Shown: piece by piece, positions 29,352 through 39,253 of the stretch | Position numbering within the stretch: the stretch's first letter is position 1 | How the letters are laid out: each line of letters opens with the position of its first letter | From: an uncultured Spirochaetota bacterium | GTDB lineage: Bacteria; Spirochaetota; Spirochaetia; SZUA-6; Fen-1364 | Assembly (NCBI GenBank): GCA_963781885.1 | Contig: CAWAHW010000002.1 | Span: 1,024,001-1,088,000, forward strand | Direction of reading: 5' to 3' | Length of the DNA: 64,000 nucleotides | Notes under the pieces: model-generated | Told to the model about the DNA's origin: nothing | Database searches by the model: none | What the model saw: only the letters and a program-made list of their open reading frames with translations | Made by a program: the position numbers and the translations under genes

Positions 29352-29948
29352 CTATTCCAGATTCCTCGCCAGGATGCCCGCCCCGAGAACGCTCACCAGC
29401 GTCTTTGGGTCGATGCTCCTCATCTGCCGGCCTGCCTGCTGGAAGAGGCCGGGCTCGGTCGAAAGCGTCATCAGCACGATGTAGTAGACGTGGAATGCAA
29501 GCGACGCCGCATCGATCTCGCGCGCGAAGATGTCCTCCTCCACGCCCTGCTCGATGATCGAGCGGATGATCTCCACCCCTTCCTGGAAGAAGTCCTTTGC
29601 ATAGCGCGAGTCTGCCCACCGGCTGAGCAGGTCGCTCCCCGGGTGGAAAAGATCGCGAAAGAGCGGGTAGGAATCGAGGAACCAGCCGAACGTCGTGATG
29701 AAGCAGTCGAGCTTCTCCATCGCGTTTGTCGAGCCGCGCGAGCGCTGATTGTACTGGTAGTGGAACTCGTTGTACGCCTCGCGCATCACCGTGTGGAAGA
29801 GCTCTTCCTTGTTCTTGAAATAATTGTAGAAGGTGGGCTTGGAGATTCCGATGTCCGCGATCAGAGCGGAGAGCGACGACCCCCGGTATCCGTAGGTGTG
29901 GAAGTATTCGCGAGCTTTTTCGAGCGCCTTTTCCTTCTTTTCTTCCAT
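29352..29948 (-). CDS. TetR/AcrR family regulator
   Basis: GYRGSSLSALIADIGISKPTFYNYFKNKEELF HTH. Confidence 0.92.
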   Translation of the reverse strand: MEEKKEKALEKAREYFHTYGYRGSSLSALIADIGISKPTFYNYFKNKEELFHTVMREAYNEFHYQYNQRSRGSTNAMEKLDCFITTFGWFLDSYPLFRDLFHPGSDLLSRWADSRYAKDFFQEGVEIIRSIIEQGVEEDIFAREIDAASLAFHVYYIVLMTLSTEPGLFQQAGRQMRSIDPKTLVSVLGAGILARNLE

Positions 29949-29967
29949 CTTCCCTCGGTCTGCAGGC

Positions 29968-30005
29968 AAAAGACCATCCACGCCGCCCGCGGCGTGGATG
30001 GTCTT
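29968..30005 (-). terminator. Rho-independent terminator of fba
   Basis: AAGACCATCCACGCCG-CCCG-CGGCGTGGATGGTCTT with a T-run on the minus strand. Confidence 0.75.
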
Positions 30006-30009
30006 CCCG

Positions 30010-30981
30010 CTACACCCGACCGGCGCTGCCCAGGACGTCCTTGTTTTTCCGCTCGATCAGCTTCATGAGCTCGTCGCGCGCGGCGCCCAGGTACCCGCGG
30101 GGATCGAAGCCTTTGGGATCCTCCGCCAGCGCTTTGCGGATCATTGCAGTGATGACCAGGCGGCCGTCGGAGTCGATATTGATCTTGCAGACGGCGGACC
30201 GCGCCGCCTTGCGCAGCTGCTCTTCCGGGATGCCCGAGGCGCCTTCCATCTTCCCGCCGTACTTGTTGATGATGTCCACGTACTCCTGCACCACCGAGGA
30301 GGCGCCATGCAGGACGATGGGGAACCCGGGAATGCGCCGCTCCACTTCTTCCAGGATGTCGAAGCGGAGGGTGGGCAGGGGATCGCCCGGCTTGATCTTG
30401 AACTTGTATGCCCCGTGCGAGGTCCCGATGGAAATGGCAAGGCTGTCGACACCGGTCTTCTTCACGAAGGATTCCACGTCGTCGGGGTTGGTGTAGTGCG
30501 ACGTCTCGGCGTGCACCTCGTCCTCGATGCCGGCGAGCACGCCCAGCTCGCCTTCCACCGTCACGTCGTGCGCGTGCGCGTACTCCACGACCTTCTTCGT
30601 GAGCTCGACGTTCTTGTCGAAGGGATGCGCCGAGCCGTCGATCATGACGGAGGAGAACCCGCTCTCGATGCAGGACACGCACAGCTCGAAGGAGTCGCCG
30701 TGGTCGAGGTGGAGCGCGACGGGCACCGGCACACCGGACGCCTTGATGATTTCCATTGCGCCCTGCGCCATGTACTGGAGCAGGATCTGGTTTGCATATT
30801 TGCGGGCACCCTTGGACACCTGGAGGATGACCGGCGAGCGGCTGTTGATGCAGCCCTGGATGATTGCCTGGAGCTGCTCCATGTTGTTGAAATTGTACGC
30901 GGGAATGGCGTATTTGCCCGCCATGGCCTTCTTGAACATTTCTCTGGTGTTTGAGAGACCCAGCGACTTGTAACTGACCAT
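30010..30981 (-). CDS. fba: Class II fructose-1,6-bisphosphate aldolase
   Basis: LHLDHG, SSVMIDGS, VEGELG, GTSHGAYKF, VLHGAS, KINIDSD. Confidence 0.96.
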   Translation of the reverse strand: MVSYKSLGLSNTREMFKKAMAGKYAIPAYNFNNMEQLQAIIQGCINSRSPVILQVSKGARKYANQILLQYMAQGAMEIIKASGVPVPVALHLDHGDSFELCVSCIESGFSSVMIDGSAHPFDKNVELTKKVVEYAHAHDVTVEGELGVLAGIEDEVHAETSHYTNPDDVESFVKKTGVDSLAISIGTSHGAYKFKIKPGDPLPTLRFDILEEVERRIPGFPIVLHGASSVVQEYVDIINKYGGKMEGASGIPEEQLRKAARSAVCKINIDSDGRLVITAMIRKALAEDPKGFDPRGYLGAARDELMKLIERKNKDVLGSAGRV

Positions 30982-31061
30982 TGTTTCTCCTTCTGGAAGC
31001 TCTGGACTACTATCATGCGATAGACGTACCCTGTCAAGTGTACGAGGTCCGCTGCCGCCCC

Positions 31062-32024
31062 ATGAAGCGCATTTTGCTCATCCCGACGTGCATGCTCGGC
31101 GTTTTCCTGCTCTGCGGGTGCTGGAACGGGAGGGTTCTCTTTTCGTTCGAGCAGCCTTATTGGTCCACGGTCGGAAGCACGCGCATGCGCGCGACCCTGG
31201 AAGCGGCGGCACTGGTCCGGGGTTATGTGCCCCGGTTCGATCTTGCACCGTCGGACGTGGATCCTCACGAAAGGCTTTCGGCCATGCTTTCGCGTCACGC
31301 CTACGCGCTCGCCGTCGTCGGCCCCCTGCTGTCATTCGAGAGCGGCGCTTTTGCAGACCGATTCCCCGGCACGCGCTTCGTCCTCGTCGACGTGCAGGGG
31401 CAGGTGAAGGGCCTTCCGCCGAATGTCGTCACGCTGAGCTTCGACAGGACCCGCTCCTTCCGCGAGGCGGGCGCCGCATCGGCTGCGGCCTTGAAGGGCG
31501 AGACGCCGAAGGTGCGCGCGGACGGTACCATTCAGGCGCCGTTGGTCGGGACGATCTCAAGCGCCGATTCCGACCTCACGCCGGAAGAGATTGCCGCATT
31601 CGACGCGGGCGCCGTCGCTGCCGATCCGGAGATGACGCCCATCGACAAGGCGCTTGTCTCTCCCGTCGACAAGGCGGCGATCGCAGCCTCCGTGACGCAG
31701 ATGAGAACGCAGGGGGTCGAGGTCTTCCTGCTGGGCCTGGGCAGTCTCAACCCGTCTGCCCTGGACGCGCTGCGGACCCTTGGCGGCAGCGCCGTGATCG
31801 GCGACTGGCAAACCGGGGGCGCTTATGCCGCGCAGGTGCTCCTGTCCGTGGAGGATGACGTTGCCGCCGGTCTTGTCCGGGCCCTGGAGGCGCGGGGACC
31901 CGACGGGAAAGACGTCCGCGGACCGGTGCGGCTTGTCGCGGGCAAGGCGCATCAGCCGGTGCTGCCCGTCGGCGTCGCGCCGTCAGAAGGGCCGGTCGCC
32001 GCGGGTAAGGGTAAAAAGATTTGA
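31062..32024 (+). CDS. Putative lipoprotein, distant BMP / periplasmic-binding fold
   Basis: MKR..LLCGC lipobox-like signal; FPGTRFVLVD..NVVTLSFDR..FREAG resembles the BMP family. Confidence 0.5.
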   Translation: MKRILLIPTCMLGVFLLCGCWNGRVLFSFEQPYWSTVGSTRMRATLEAAALVRGYVPRFDLAPSDVDPHERLSAMLSRHAYALAVVGPLLSFESGAFADRFPGTRFVLVDVQGQVKGLPPNVVTLSFDRTRSFREAGAASAAALKGETPKVRADGTIQAPLVGTISSADSDLTPEEIAAFDAGAVAADPEMTPIDKALVSPVDKAAIAASVTQMRTQGVEVFLLGLGSLNPSALDALRTLGGSAVIGDWQTGGAYAAQVLLSVEDDVAAGLVRALEARGPDGKDVRGPVRLVAGKAHQPVLPVGVAPSEGPVAAGKGKKI

Positions 32025-32049
32025 CAAGGCATAGCGCTGGAAATATAAT
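32021..32049 (+). promoter_or_regulatory. Consensus sigma70 promoter of the flaA pair
   Basis: TTGACA-17 nt-TATAAT perfect match. Confidence 0.85.
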
Positions 32050-32101
32050 TTCTGGTGATTCGGGCAGGACTGATTTCCGAGTTGAGCAGAAGGAGACGGG
32101 C

Positions 32102-32842
32102 ATGAGGCCAGGATTGAGAGTGTTCCTCGGCACGGCGCTGGCAATGGCGCTCATCTTTTCCGCGGCGTTTGTCATGGCGGACGAGCAGACGCAGACGATC
32201 GCGACGAGGAACATCGTGACTTTCGATGATCCTGCCACGGCCAGCAACTGGATCGTCCAGGGCAGCAAGTACGCGACATCTGGTTTTCCGCAGATGCAGC
32301 TCGTCAAGGCGTGGCCGGAAGCCCTGTATGGATTCAACACGGACAACAAGAATCTCTATGCCATGGGCGTGCACGGGCGTTTCGACCGCAAGTCCTACAA
32401 CTACATCGAGATCATTCCGGCGGCCAAGGATTCGTCGGGCAAGCTCGCACCGACCACCATTCCGCTTCCCGGCCGCGTCCAGAATCTCAACATGTGGGTC
32501 TGGGGCGCCAACTACAACTTCTGGATCGACGCGTACATCCGCGACTATCAGGGGATCGACCACGTGCTGCACATGGGCTCCATCATGTTCCCCGGCTGGC
32601 GGAACCTGTCGGCGACCATCTCGCCATCGATACCCCAGTCCCGCAGTTATATCCCGCGTTACGCGGGGCTGGTCCTCACAAAGCTCGTCCTCTGGACGGC
32701 GCCGGATGAGAAGGTGGATGACTTCTATTTCTTTCTCGACGAGATCGACATCATCACGGACCTCTTCGAGACGCGATTCGACGGTGAGCAGCTCGCCGAC
32801 CCGGTCACGCTGAACAATCTCTGGCAGCAGGGAAACAAATAG
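32102..32842 (+). CDS. flaA: Flagellar filament outer layer (sheath) protein, FlaA family
   Basis: Signal peptide; GVHGRFDRKSYNYIEI, IPLPG, MWVWGANY, GWRNL, FFLDEI. Confidence 0.88.
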   Translation: MRPGLRVFLGTALAMALIFSAAFVMADEQTQTIATRNIVTFDDPATASNWIVQGSKYATSGFPQMQLVKAWPEALYGFNTDNKNLYAMGVHGRFDRKSYNYIEIIPAAKDSSGKLAPTTIPLPGRVQNLNMWVWGANYNFWIDAYIRDYQGIDHVLHMGSIMFPGWRNLSATISPSIPQSRSYIPRYAGLVLTKLVLWTAPDEKVDDFYFFLDEIDIITDLFETRFDGEQLADPVTLNNLWQQGNK

Positions 32843-32853
32843 GAGACGCGAAG

Positions 32854-33597
32854 ATGAAGACCCGACTGACAATTGTGCTGCTCGCTGCCATGGCTTTCCT
32901 CGCGCCTTCCGCGTTCGCGCAGACCGCCGCACCCGCAGCGCCGGCGCCGAACGTGACGGCGGGAGAGCCCACCCCTTCGGAGATCGGCAAGGACCAGGCC
33001 CAGCAGCTCCTCAAGGAGGTATCGATCGAAAAGTTCGAGGATGCGGCGTTCTGGTACGCTGCCATGCCGCTCGACATGGGCGTCGCGACCTCCAAGAGGC
33101 TCGCGGGATCGCCGCAGGGCAAGCAGCCCATTGCCGACGAAGCGGCACTGGGAATCAAGGAAGACGACAAGTACGTCCTTGGCGTGAAGGTGAGCTTCTT
33201 TCACCGCGGCGCGTCCTACTTCAGCATCCATCCCCTGAATCCCATCCCGGTGGAAGGGATCGTGAAGACCCTCTCCGTCTGGGTCGTCGGGCGAAACTTC
33301 AACCACACGCTGAAGATCCTCTTCGACGACTACCGTGGCCAGGCGCAGTCCCTGACCGTCGGCACGCTGAACTTCATCGGGTGGAAGAAGCTCACGGTGG
33401 CCATCCCGCCGAGCATCCTGCAGACTGAGTACCACTACACGTATCAGAGCGGCATCCGCATCACGGGCCTGGAGATCGACTGCGATCCCCTGGATTCATT
33501 CGGAACGTACTACGTGTATTTCGATGACCTTCGCGCGGTCACCGATCTCTTCGGAGAGTCGAAAAGGGATACCGACGACATGTCGGACGACTGGTGA
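32854..33597 (+). CDS. flaA: Flagellar filament outer layer protein, FlaA family (second paralog)
   Basis: VLGVKVSFFHRG, PIPVEG, SVWVVGRN, LNFIGWKKL, YFDDLRAVTD. Confidence 0.88.
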   Translation: MKTRLTIVLLAAMAFLAPSAFAQTAAPAAPAPNVTAGEPTPSEIGKDQAQQLLKEVSIEKFEDAAFWYAAMPLDMGVATSKRLAGSPQGKQPIADEAALGIKEDDKYVLGVKVSFFHRGASYFSIHPLNPIPVEGIVKTLSVWVVGRNFNHTLKILFDDYRGQAQSLTVGTLNFIGWKKLTVAIPPSILQTEYHYTYQSGIRITGLEIDCDPLDSFGTYYVYFDDLRAVTDLFGESKRDTDDMSDDW

Positions 33598-33617
33598 GAA
33601 GAGGGTTTCGAGGAAAG

Positions 33618-33657
33618 AAGCCCTTGCGGTCCGCCCTGGCGGGCTGCAAGGGCTTTT
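33618..33657 (+). terminator. Terminator after the flaA pair
   Basis: AAGCCCTTGCGG...CTGCAAGGGCTTTT. Confidence 0.75.
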
Positions 33658-33688
33658 CATTCTCCGGCCCGAATGGTAATATTTTTTC

Positions 33689-34510
33689 ATGACCCCCGAG
33701 GAGGAGGTGAAAGGCCTCAACAAGCTCATCCGGCAGTATGAGACCGTGTACCGAACGACGCCGGACGCCGAGCAACGGGACCGGGCCGAGCGGCAGCTCA
33801 AGGAACTTCGCAGCTACCGCAGCAAGATCCTTGCCGTCAACGTCATCAATGCGGAGGAGCTTGAGGACGCACCGTCGGAGGAAGACGAGTTCGCCTCGAC
33901 ACCGCTCCTGCGCCAGCTCGTCGCGCAGAACACCCTGAGCCCGCGCGACGCCATCGTCCCCTTTGCAACCGGAAATGCGGGGCCGACGACAGCGCAGAAG
34001 GAGATGCTCAATCTCTGCCTGTATGCGCGCTACTTCGAGAAGGAGTTCCTGCCCTTCCTCGCGGAGAAGCAGCTGAAGCTCGACTTCAAACACTCCCTGG
34101 ACCGCGATTCCTTCTACAGCAGCTACCAGGCCCTCCAGCGGAAGATCGACAGCTACCGGGAGGAGAACGCGCGGCTTGCCGAAGGGATCGTCAGCCGCGA
34201 CATGGAGCTGGAGATCCGCAAACGGTCGAACAAGCTCGTGCGGCTCATCGAGGCCGACGCGGCGCGTTTTTTCCGCGCGCTGGAAGGATTTGCCGACGCG
34301 CTCGTGGAGGACGCCCGTGGCGATGCCGTGAAGTGCCTCAACTGCGACGCGGAGATCTCCTTCGACAGCATCGAGGGCCGCCGCGCGCTCCAGGGCCGGA
34401 AAGTGGCGGACGCCCTCGCGGACCTGCGCGATTTCGCCCTCGAAGCCATCGCCTACCTCAACATACCCGAGATCGACAGCCAGGAGAACGAGCGTGCAGA
34501 TCGACATTGA
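33689..34510 (+). CDS. Hypothetical helical protein
   Basis: Long ORF with genome-like codon use, overlapping the bactofilin start. Confidence 0.7.
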   Translation: MTPEEEVKGLNKLIRQYETVYRTTPDAEQRDRAERQLKELRSYRSKILAVNVINAEELEDAPSEEDEFASTPLLRQLVAQNTLSPRDAIVPFATGNAGPTTAQKEMLNLCLYARYFEKEFLPFLAEKQLKLDFKHSLDRDSFYSSYQALQRKIDSYREENARLAEGIVSRDMELEIRKRSNKLVRLIEADAARFFRALEGFADALVEDARGDAVKCLNCDAEISFDSIEGRRALQGRKVADALADLRDFALEAIAYLNIPEIDSQENERADRH

Positions 34511-34874
34511 GGCAAACTCCACGATCGGCGAGGAGTCCCTCTTCGAGGGAAAGTTCGCCATCAGGGGAAGCCTGCGCATCGACGGGAGATTCGAGGGCCA
34601 GGCCCTCATGGTGGACCAGCTCCAGATCGGCCCCAAGGGCCGCGTGAAGACGAACATCACGGCGACGAGCGTCGTCGTGGAAGGGCTCATCATCGGCAAC
34701 ATCACCTCGTCCCGCCGCATCCTGCTCCTGGCCACCGCGCGCGTTCTGGGCGACATCAAGACGCCCGAGCTCATCATCCAGGACGGCGTCATCCTCGAGG
34801 GACGGTGCACCATCAGCCACATGCAGATAGAGAATACCCCCGACTACATCCAGGGGCTGTACAACCGCAAGTAG
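34494..34874 (+). CDS. Bactofilin (polymer-forming cytoskeletal protein)
   Basis: STIGEESLFEGK..LRIDGRFEG..VVVEG.IIGNI..ARVLGDIKT..LIIQDGVILEG. Confidence 0.92.
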   Translation: MQIDIEANSTIGEESLFEGKFAIRGSLRIDGRFEGQALMVDQLQIGPKGRVKTNITATSVVVEGLIIGNITSSRRILLLATARVLGDIKTPELIIQDGVILEGRCTISHMQIENTPDYIQGLYNRK

Positions 34875-34875
34875 G

Positions 34876-36051
34876 ATGGAGCAGCCCCAGGAGATCCTTC
34901 GCGGTCTGTACTTTTTCCGCAGCCTCGCGGAGGAAGACCTCGCGAAGGTTTCCGCCGTCTGCCGCGAGGAGCAGTTCGCGCCCGGGGACATGATCTGCCG
35001 CGAAGGCAGTCCCGCGGACAGGTTCTACATCATCGTTGAAGGCGCGGTGGAGGTCTGGAAGGACTGGGGCGACGCGGAGGCCGACCTCCTTGCGCGGCAC
35101 GGGCCCGGGCACATGTTCGGCGAGATGGCGTTGATCGACGAGCTGCCGCGCAGCGCCACCGTCATCGCCGCGGAGTCTTCCCGGCTGCTTTCCGTCGGCA
35201 GGGAGGACTTCCACCGCATCATCCACGAGAACGCATCGGTGGCGCTGACCGTCATGCGCTCGGTCTCGTCGATGGTCCGCGTGTCGAATGAGAATTTCGT
35301 CGAAAGCCTTCGCAAGAGGAACCGGGAGCTCGTGAAGGCAAATCGGCAGCTGAAGAGCGCCCAGCAGAAGCTGCTGCAGACGGAGCGCTTTTCCGTCCTG
35401 GGTCGATTCTCGTCCCTCATCCTCCACGACATCCGCAACCCGCTGTCGATCCTCCGCGGCTACGCGGAGATGGTGCTGCTCCATGCGCGCGACACGGCGA
35501 CGGTGGAGCGCAATATCGGCCGCATCATCGACGAGGCGGACCGTCTCAACAGGATCGCGGGGGAGCTGCTGGACTTCTCCCGCGGCGAGATCAGCCTCAA
35601 CGTCGCAATCGTGAACCTGAAGGAGCTCGTCGACGAGGTCGTCCATATCATTGCCGAGCCTTGTTCCTCGCGCCGCATCGAGATCCGCACGGACGTCGCC
35701 TGGCCGGGACCCGTCCTCATCGACCATGACCGCATGCTCCGCGTGCTCCTCAACCTCGCCGACAACTCGCGCAAGGCAATGCCGCAGGGGGGCTGCCTCT
35801 GCCTCAGCGTCGCAAAGCAGGACAAGCGGCTGTTGATCGCCGTGACGGACTCGGGTGAGGGCATGGATGCGGAGGTCCAGAAGAGGCTCTTCGAGCCCTT
35901 TTATACCTCGTCGCGCGAGGGCGGCACGGGGTTGGGCATGTCGATCGTGAAGAGCATCGTGGACGCGCACAACGGCGTTTTGTCCTTCTCCAGCAGGAAG
36001 GGTGCGGGCACCACATTTGAAATCGCACTGCCCCTGGGTGCCTCGGGCTGA
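34876..36051 (+). CDS. cNMP-binding domain histidine kinase
   Basis: FGEMALIDELPRSATV; H-box ILHDIRNPL; N-box NLADNS; DSGEG; GGTGLG. Confidence 0.92.
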   Translation: MEQPQEILRGLYFFRSLAEEDLAKVSAVCREEQFAPGDMICREGSPADRFYIIVEGAVEVWKDWGDAEADLLARHGPGHMFGEMALIDELPRSATVIAAESSRLLSVGREDFHRIIHENASVALTVMRSVSSMVRVSNENFVESLRKRNRELVKANRQLKSAQQKLLQTERFSVLGRFSSLILHDIRNPLSILRGYAEMVLLHARDTATVERNIGRIIDEADRLNRIAGELLDFSRGEISLNVAIVNLKELVDEVVHIIAEPCSSRRIEIRTDVAWPGPVLIDHDRMLRVLLNLADNSRKAMPQGGCLCLSVAKQDKRLLIAVTDSGEGMDAEVQKRLFEPFYTSSREGGTGLGMSIVKSIVDAHNGVLSFSSRKGAGTTFEIALPLGASG

Positions 36052-36136
36052 AGGGGACGAGAGGTCCCTCCGCGCCCCCTTTTTATGCCCGCCCCTTGAC
36101 AATAAGGGGCCGCTCAAGTACATATCCCGTGTACGC

Positions 36137-36207
36137 TTCCCGGTAGTGTAACGGTAGCACAAAAGACTCTGGATCTTTTTGTGGGGGTTCGAATCCTCCC
36201 CGGGAAA
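36137..36207 (+). tRNA. tRNA-Gln(CTG)
   Basis: TTCCCGG/CCGGGAA acceptor stem, AAAGA-CTCTGGA-TCTTT, GGTTCGAATCC. Confidence 0.93.
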
Positions 36208-36236
36208 GACTTACCCGCAAGCAATCGCGGGAAAGT

Positions 36237-36308
36237 GGCCCCTTCGTCTATCGGTTAGGACATGAGATTCTCAATCTTAAAAGAGGGGTTCGATTCCCCT
36301 AGGGGCTA
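36237..36308 (+). tRNA. tRNA-Glu(CTC)
   Basis: GGCCCCT/AGGGGCT acceptor stem, TGAGA-TTCTCAA-TCTTA, GGTTCGATTCC. Confidence 0.93.
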
Positions 36309-36309
36309 A

Positions 36310-36339
36310 AGAGGCGGCAGTGATGCCGCCTCTCTTGTT
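36310..36339 (+). terminator. Terminator after the tRNA pair
   Basis: AGAGGCGGCA-GTGA-TGCCGCCTCT-CTTGTT. Confidence 0.7.
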
Positions 36340-36354
36340 GTGCGGGAGATCCCT

Positions 36355-37114
36355 TCATTGCCGGAACAGCTCTTGGACCTGGCTCGAGGTCAGGGCAGCT
36401 GAGTAGATCCTGATGTCGTCCACCAGCCCGGCGAACTGGGGAGTGCTTCCGCCGATGATGAGAGGGCCTGCCGGGACCGGACTGTCGTAGCTGTATGCCG
36501 CAGAGCTCACGCCGAACTGGTCCCCGTCCAGGTAGCCTGTGACGGTCTGTGCCTTGCCATCATACACCTCCACGACATTGTGCCACGTGTTGAGCGTGTA
36601 CGGAGCGGCCGGCCCGAACGCCTTCACGTCGTTGGGCCCCACTTGGGTCTGGATCTTTCCTCTGTCGCCGTCCAGGTTGATGCCGTAGGAGAACTGGTTC
36701 TCCTTCGCCATCGCAGAGAACACGTCCGCGTACGAGCCGACGTAGGTCGGCGAGAGGAACCAGAGACTGATGGTGAAAGAGCTCGATGCCCGGCAGCAGA
36801 AGGCCCGTGCCGAAGCTGACGTTCGCATTGTTGTCAGGCCCGGTGATGGCGCTGACGGACAGCGCTGCATTCGCGACGCCATGCCGGTCCGGCGCGAAGC
36901 TGGTTCCGCCCAGCGACGTGCCATCGTTGCCGTTCCCGCTGCTGTCGGACAGGCTGCCGTCCATCAGCCATTCGCCAACAGAGGCCGGCAAGGCTTGCGC
37001 ACTCTTCGCACCGGGCCGACCGCTTGTCGCGCACGTGGACAGCACGAGGACTACCAGCGCGGTCGCGATGATGACGCCGGCCCTGCCAACCCAGGGCAGA
37101 TTCGATTTGCCCAT
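36355..37114 (-). CDS. LamG/concanavalin-like lipoprotein (frameshift near 36790)
   Basis: LSTC lipobox; W.MDG...DSSGNGNDG..DRHG..NAAL, then in a second frame SFTISLW..WHNVV..YLDG..FAGLVDDIRIYS.AL. Confidence 0.8.
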
Positions 37115-37426
37115 GTTGCACCCCCTGACTCCACGACGTCAGGCGCGCATACCCGCTGTCGTGTTCCCCATGCTTGCACAAGGCGCTCGTTCAGTCCATG
37201 AGGTTGTCGCGGTTCACGAGGGCTAGAGGCGCTGTCGTTGGAGGGCGCGAGAAAGATGGCTGCTCCGCCCTGACGGCCTGGCGCCGTCAGCCATTGCCAA
37301 CGTTTCGAGGGAAGCTAATAGGTCTTGTTGACAATGAGCTCTGGACGGCCTACCGTACCGACTGGTTGCCATCCAAAGCCGAAGCGAAGGCCGCGTCGCG
37401 CGAGGCGTCACGAGGGTACTGCGACC

Positions 37427-39202
37427 ATGAAAAGGTTGTTTGTGCTCGTTCTTTTGTCGCTCTTTGGTCTGCGCCTCTTTGCGCAAAACGAGGACCTTCG
37501 AGGCCTGAAAATCGTCGTGCGTCAACTGGAGGGCGAAACGGCGGTCGCTGGCAGGCAATACGCCGTCCTGATCGCCGTGGACAAGTATCAGACGTGGATG
37601 GCGCTTCGAAACCCGGTCGAAGATGCAAAGGCTATCAAAGACATACTGGTCCGAAAATACTTCATAACCGATTTCATCGAGCTCTATAATCAGGACGCGA
37701 CAAAAGCCGGCATTATCAAGCTCTTCAACAAGCTGATCAACGACATAAAGCCGGAAGATTCCGTCTTGATTTTCTATGCGGGGCACGGGTACCTGGACAA
37801 GAGTTCCAATACTGGGTTTTGGATCCCCGTCGATGGCGGAACAGACATCTACCAGCAAGCGAACTGGCTTCCCAACGCCCAGATCAGAGGCTTCATCAGC
37901 AATATGCTGGCGCGGCATGTTGCGCTCATTGCCGATTCGTGCTTTTCGGGAGACATTCTCAATCCAACGCGCGGTCTCGCTCCAACAATCACGAGCGAGT
38001 ATTTCAAGAATGCATATGCCCGAATCTCTCGGCAGGTGCTCACGTCGGGAGCCTCAGAATCCGTTCCCGACGAGTCCCAATTCACTCGTCAGCTCAAGCT
38101 TGCCCTGGAGGGAAACACTTCTCCTTATCTGGATCCGCTGATGCTCTACAACCAGATACGATTGGGTGTCACGCAAACCACACCGCTGTTCGGTGACCTC
38201 AAGGATTCAGGACATCAGGAAGGGTCAAGCTTCCTCTTGTTTCTCAAAAGCCCAAGCGACCAAGCCGCCCCCACTGAGGGAGCCGCATCCTCCGCGCTGG
38301 GACCAAAGGCAACTTTCAGTTTGGAAAAGGTCTCGGGAAAAGTGAATATAGAGACAAAGACCCCGGGGACTCTTCTGCTCGATGGTGCGGTGCAAGGGCA
38401 GGTTCCCGCGGGGCGCATGGCAACGATTGCGAATCTCGAAGCTGGCAGCCACGAGCTGGAGATGCACTACGATAATGGCAAGACCGAAATGATACGGGTC
38501 ACGATAGATTCCGACGAGCCGCTTTCAATCAGGTTTGGAGACGTATACCCGCAGGCTGCCGCGTTGTCGGGTGCCGGAGCAGGAAGTCAGGCAGGGCTTT
38601 CCGAACCCCCAAAAACCCCTCCGAAGGATTCTTTAGTGGATGGAGATTCACTGCCGGAAGCCTCAATTAGGATCGATGGCACGTTCGATGACTGGGATGG
38701 CGTTCTGCCGGCATTCACCGCCGGTACACGGTCGCCCACGACGAAGCAGTTGGCGATTGAGAAGGTCTATTGCGCGGTCGATGGAAAGAACTTCTACGTT
38801 AGATTCGACATTCAGGACGTCACTCCGAGCTCCTTTTTTCATTCCCACAATTTCTATATGGATAAAAAGAGCTCGTACGGCATCGATTTTGAAAACGGGA
38901 TGAACCATGTCGTGGCCGAAATTAATTTTGACAACAGCCCAAAGGTTAACCGCTGGAATGTCGACATAATCAGGTTGGTTGATGGTCGCTGGGAGGTGAT
39001 CGACAAGACACGTGGAAACTACGCCATGAGAGGTTCGTCACTGGAAGCCTCCTTCCCATTGGAACCAATCAAGAAGAACCTCGGTGATCTTGGCGCGAGT
39101 GGTTTCTTCCAGGTAGGCGCGCGCACTGAGTACTTTGATGATCAATGGAATTTGATTCAAGATGGCGGAGACCATACGACGGTGAAAAAGGTCGCTTTTT
39201 GA
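37427..39202 (+). CDS. Secreted caspase-family (peptidase C14) protein with PEGA-like and C-terminal beta domains
   Basis: Signal peptide; YAVLIA..Y..LRNPVEDA; catalytic YAGHG and ADSCFSG; LTSG..E.V.D. Confidence 0.85.
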   Translation: MKRLFVLVLLSLFGLRLFAQNEDLRGLKIVVRQLEGETAVAGRQYAVLIAVDKYQTWMALRNPVEDAKAIKDILVRKYFITDFIELYNQDATKAGIIKLFNKLINDIKPEDSVLIFYAGHGYLDKSSNTGFWIPVDGGTDIYQQANWLPNAQIRGFISNMLARHVALIADSCFSGDILNPTRGLAPTITSEYFKNAYARISRQVLTSGASESVPDESQFTRQLKLALEGNTSPYLDPLMLYNQIRLGVTQTTPLFGDLKDSGHQEGSSFLLFLKSPSDQAAPTEGAASSALGPKATFSLEKVSGKVNIETKTPGTLLLDGAVQGQVPAGRMATIANLEAGSHELEMHYDNGKTEMIRVTIDSDEPLSIRFGDVYPQAAALSGAGAGSQAGLSEPPKTPPKDSLVDGDSLPEASIRIDGTFDDWDGVLPAFTAGTRSPTTKQLAIEKVYCAVDGKNFYVRFDIQDVTPSSFFHSHNFYMDKKSSYGIDFENGMNHVVAEINFDNSPKVNRWNVDIIRLVDGRWEVIDKTRGNYAMRGSSLEASFPLEPIKKNLGDLGASGFFQVGARTEYFDDQWNLIQDGGDHTTVKKVAF

Positions 39203-39253
39203 GCGAAACCTGCTGATGCTTTTATGTCGTTGAAATCAATAAGGCGATAGATC

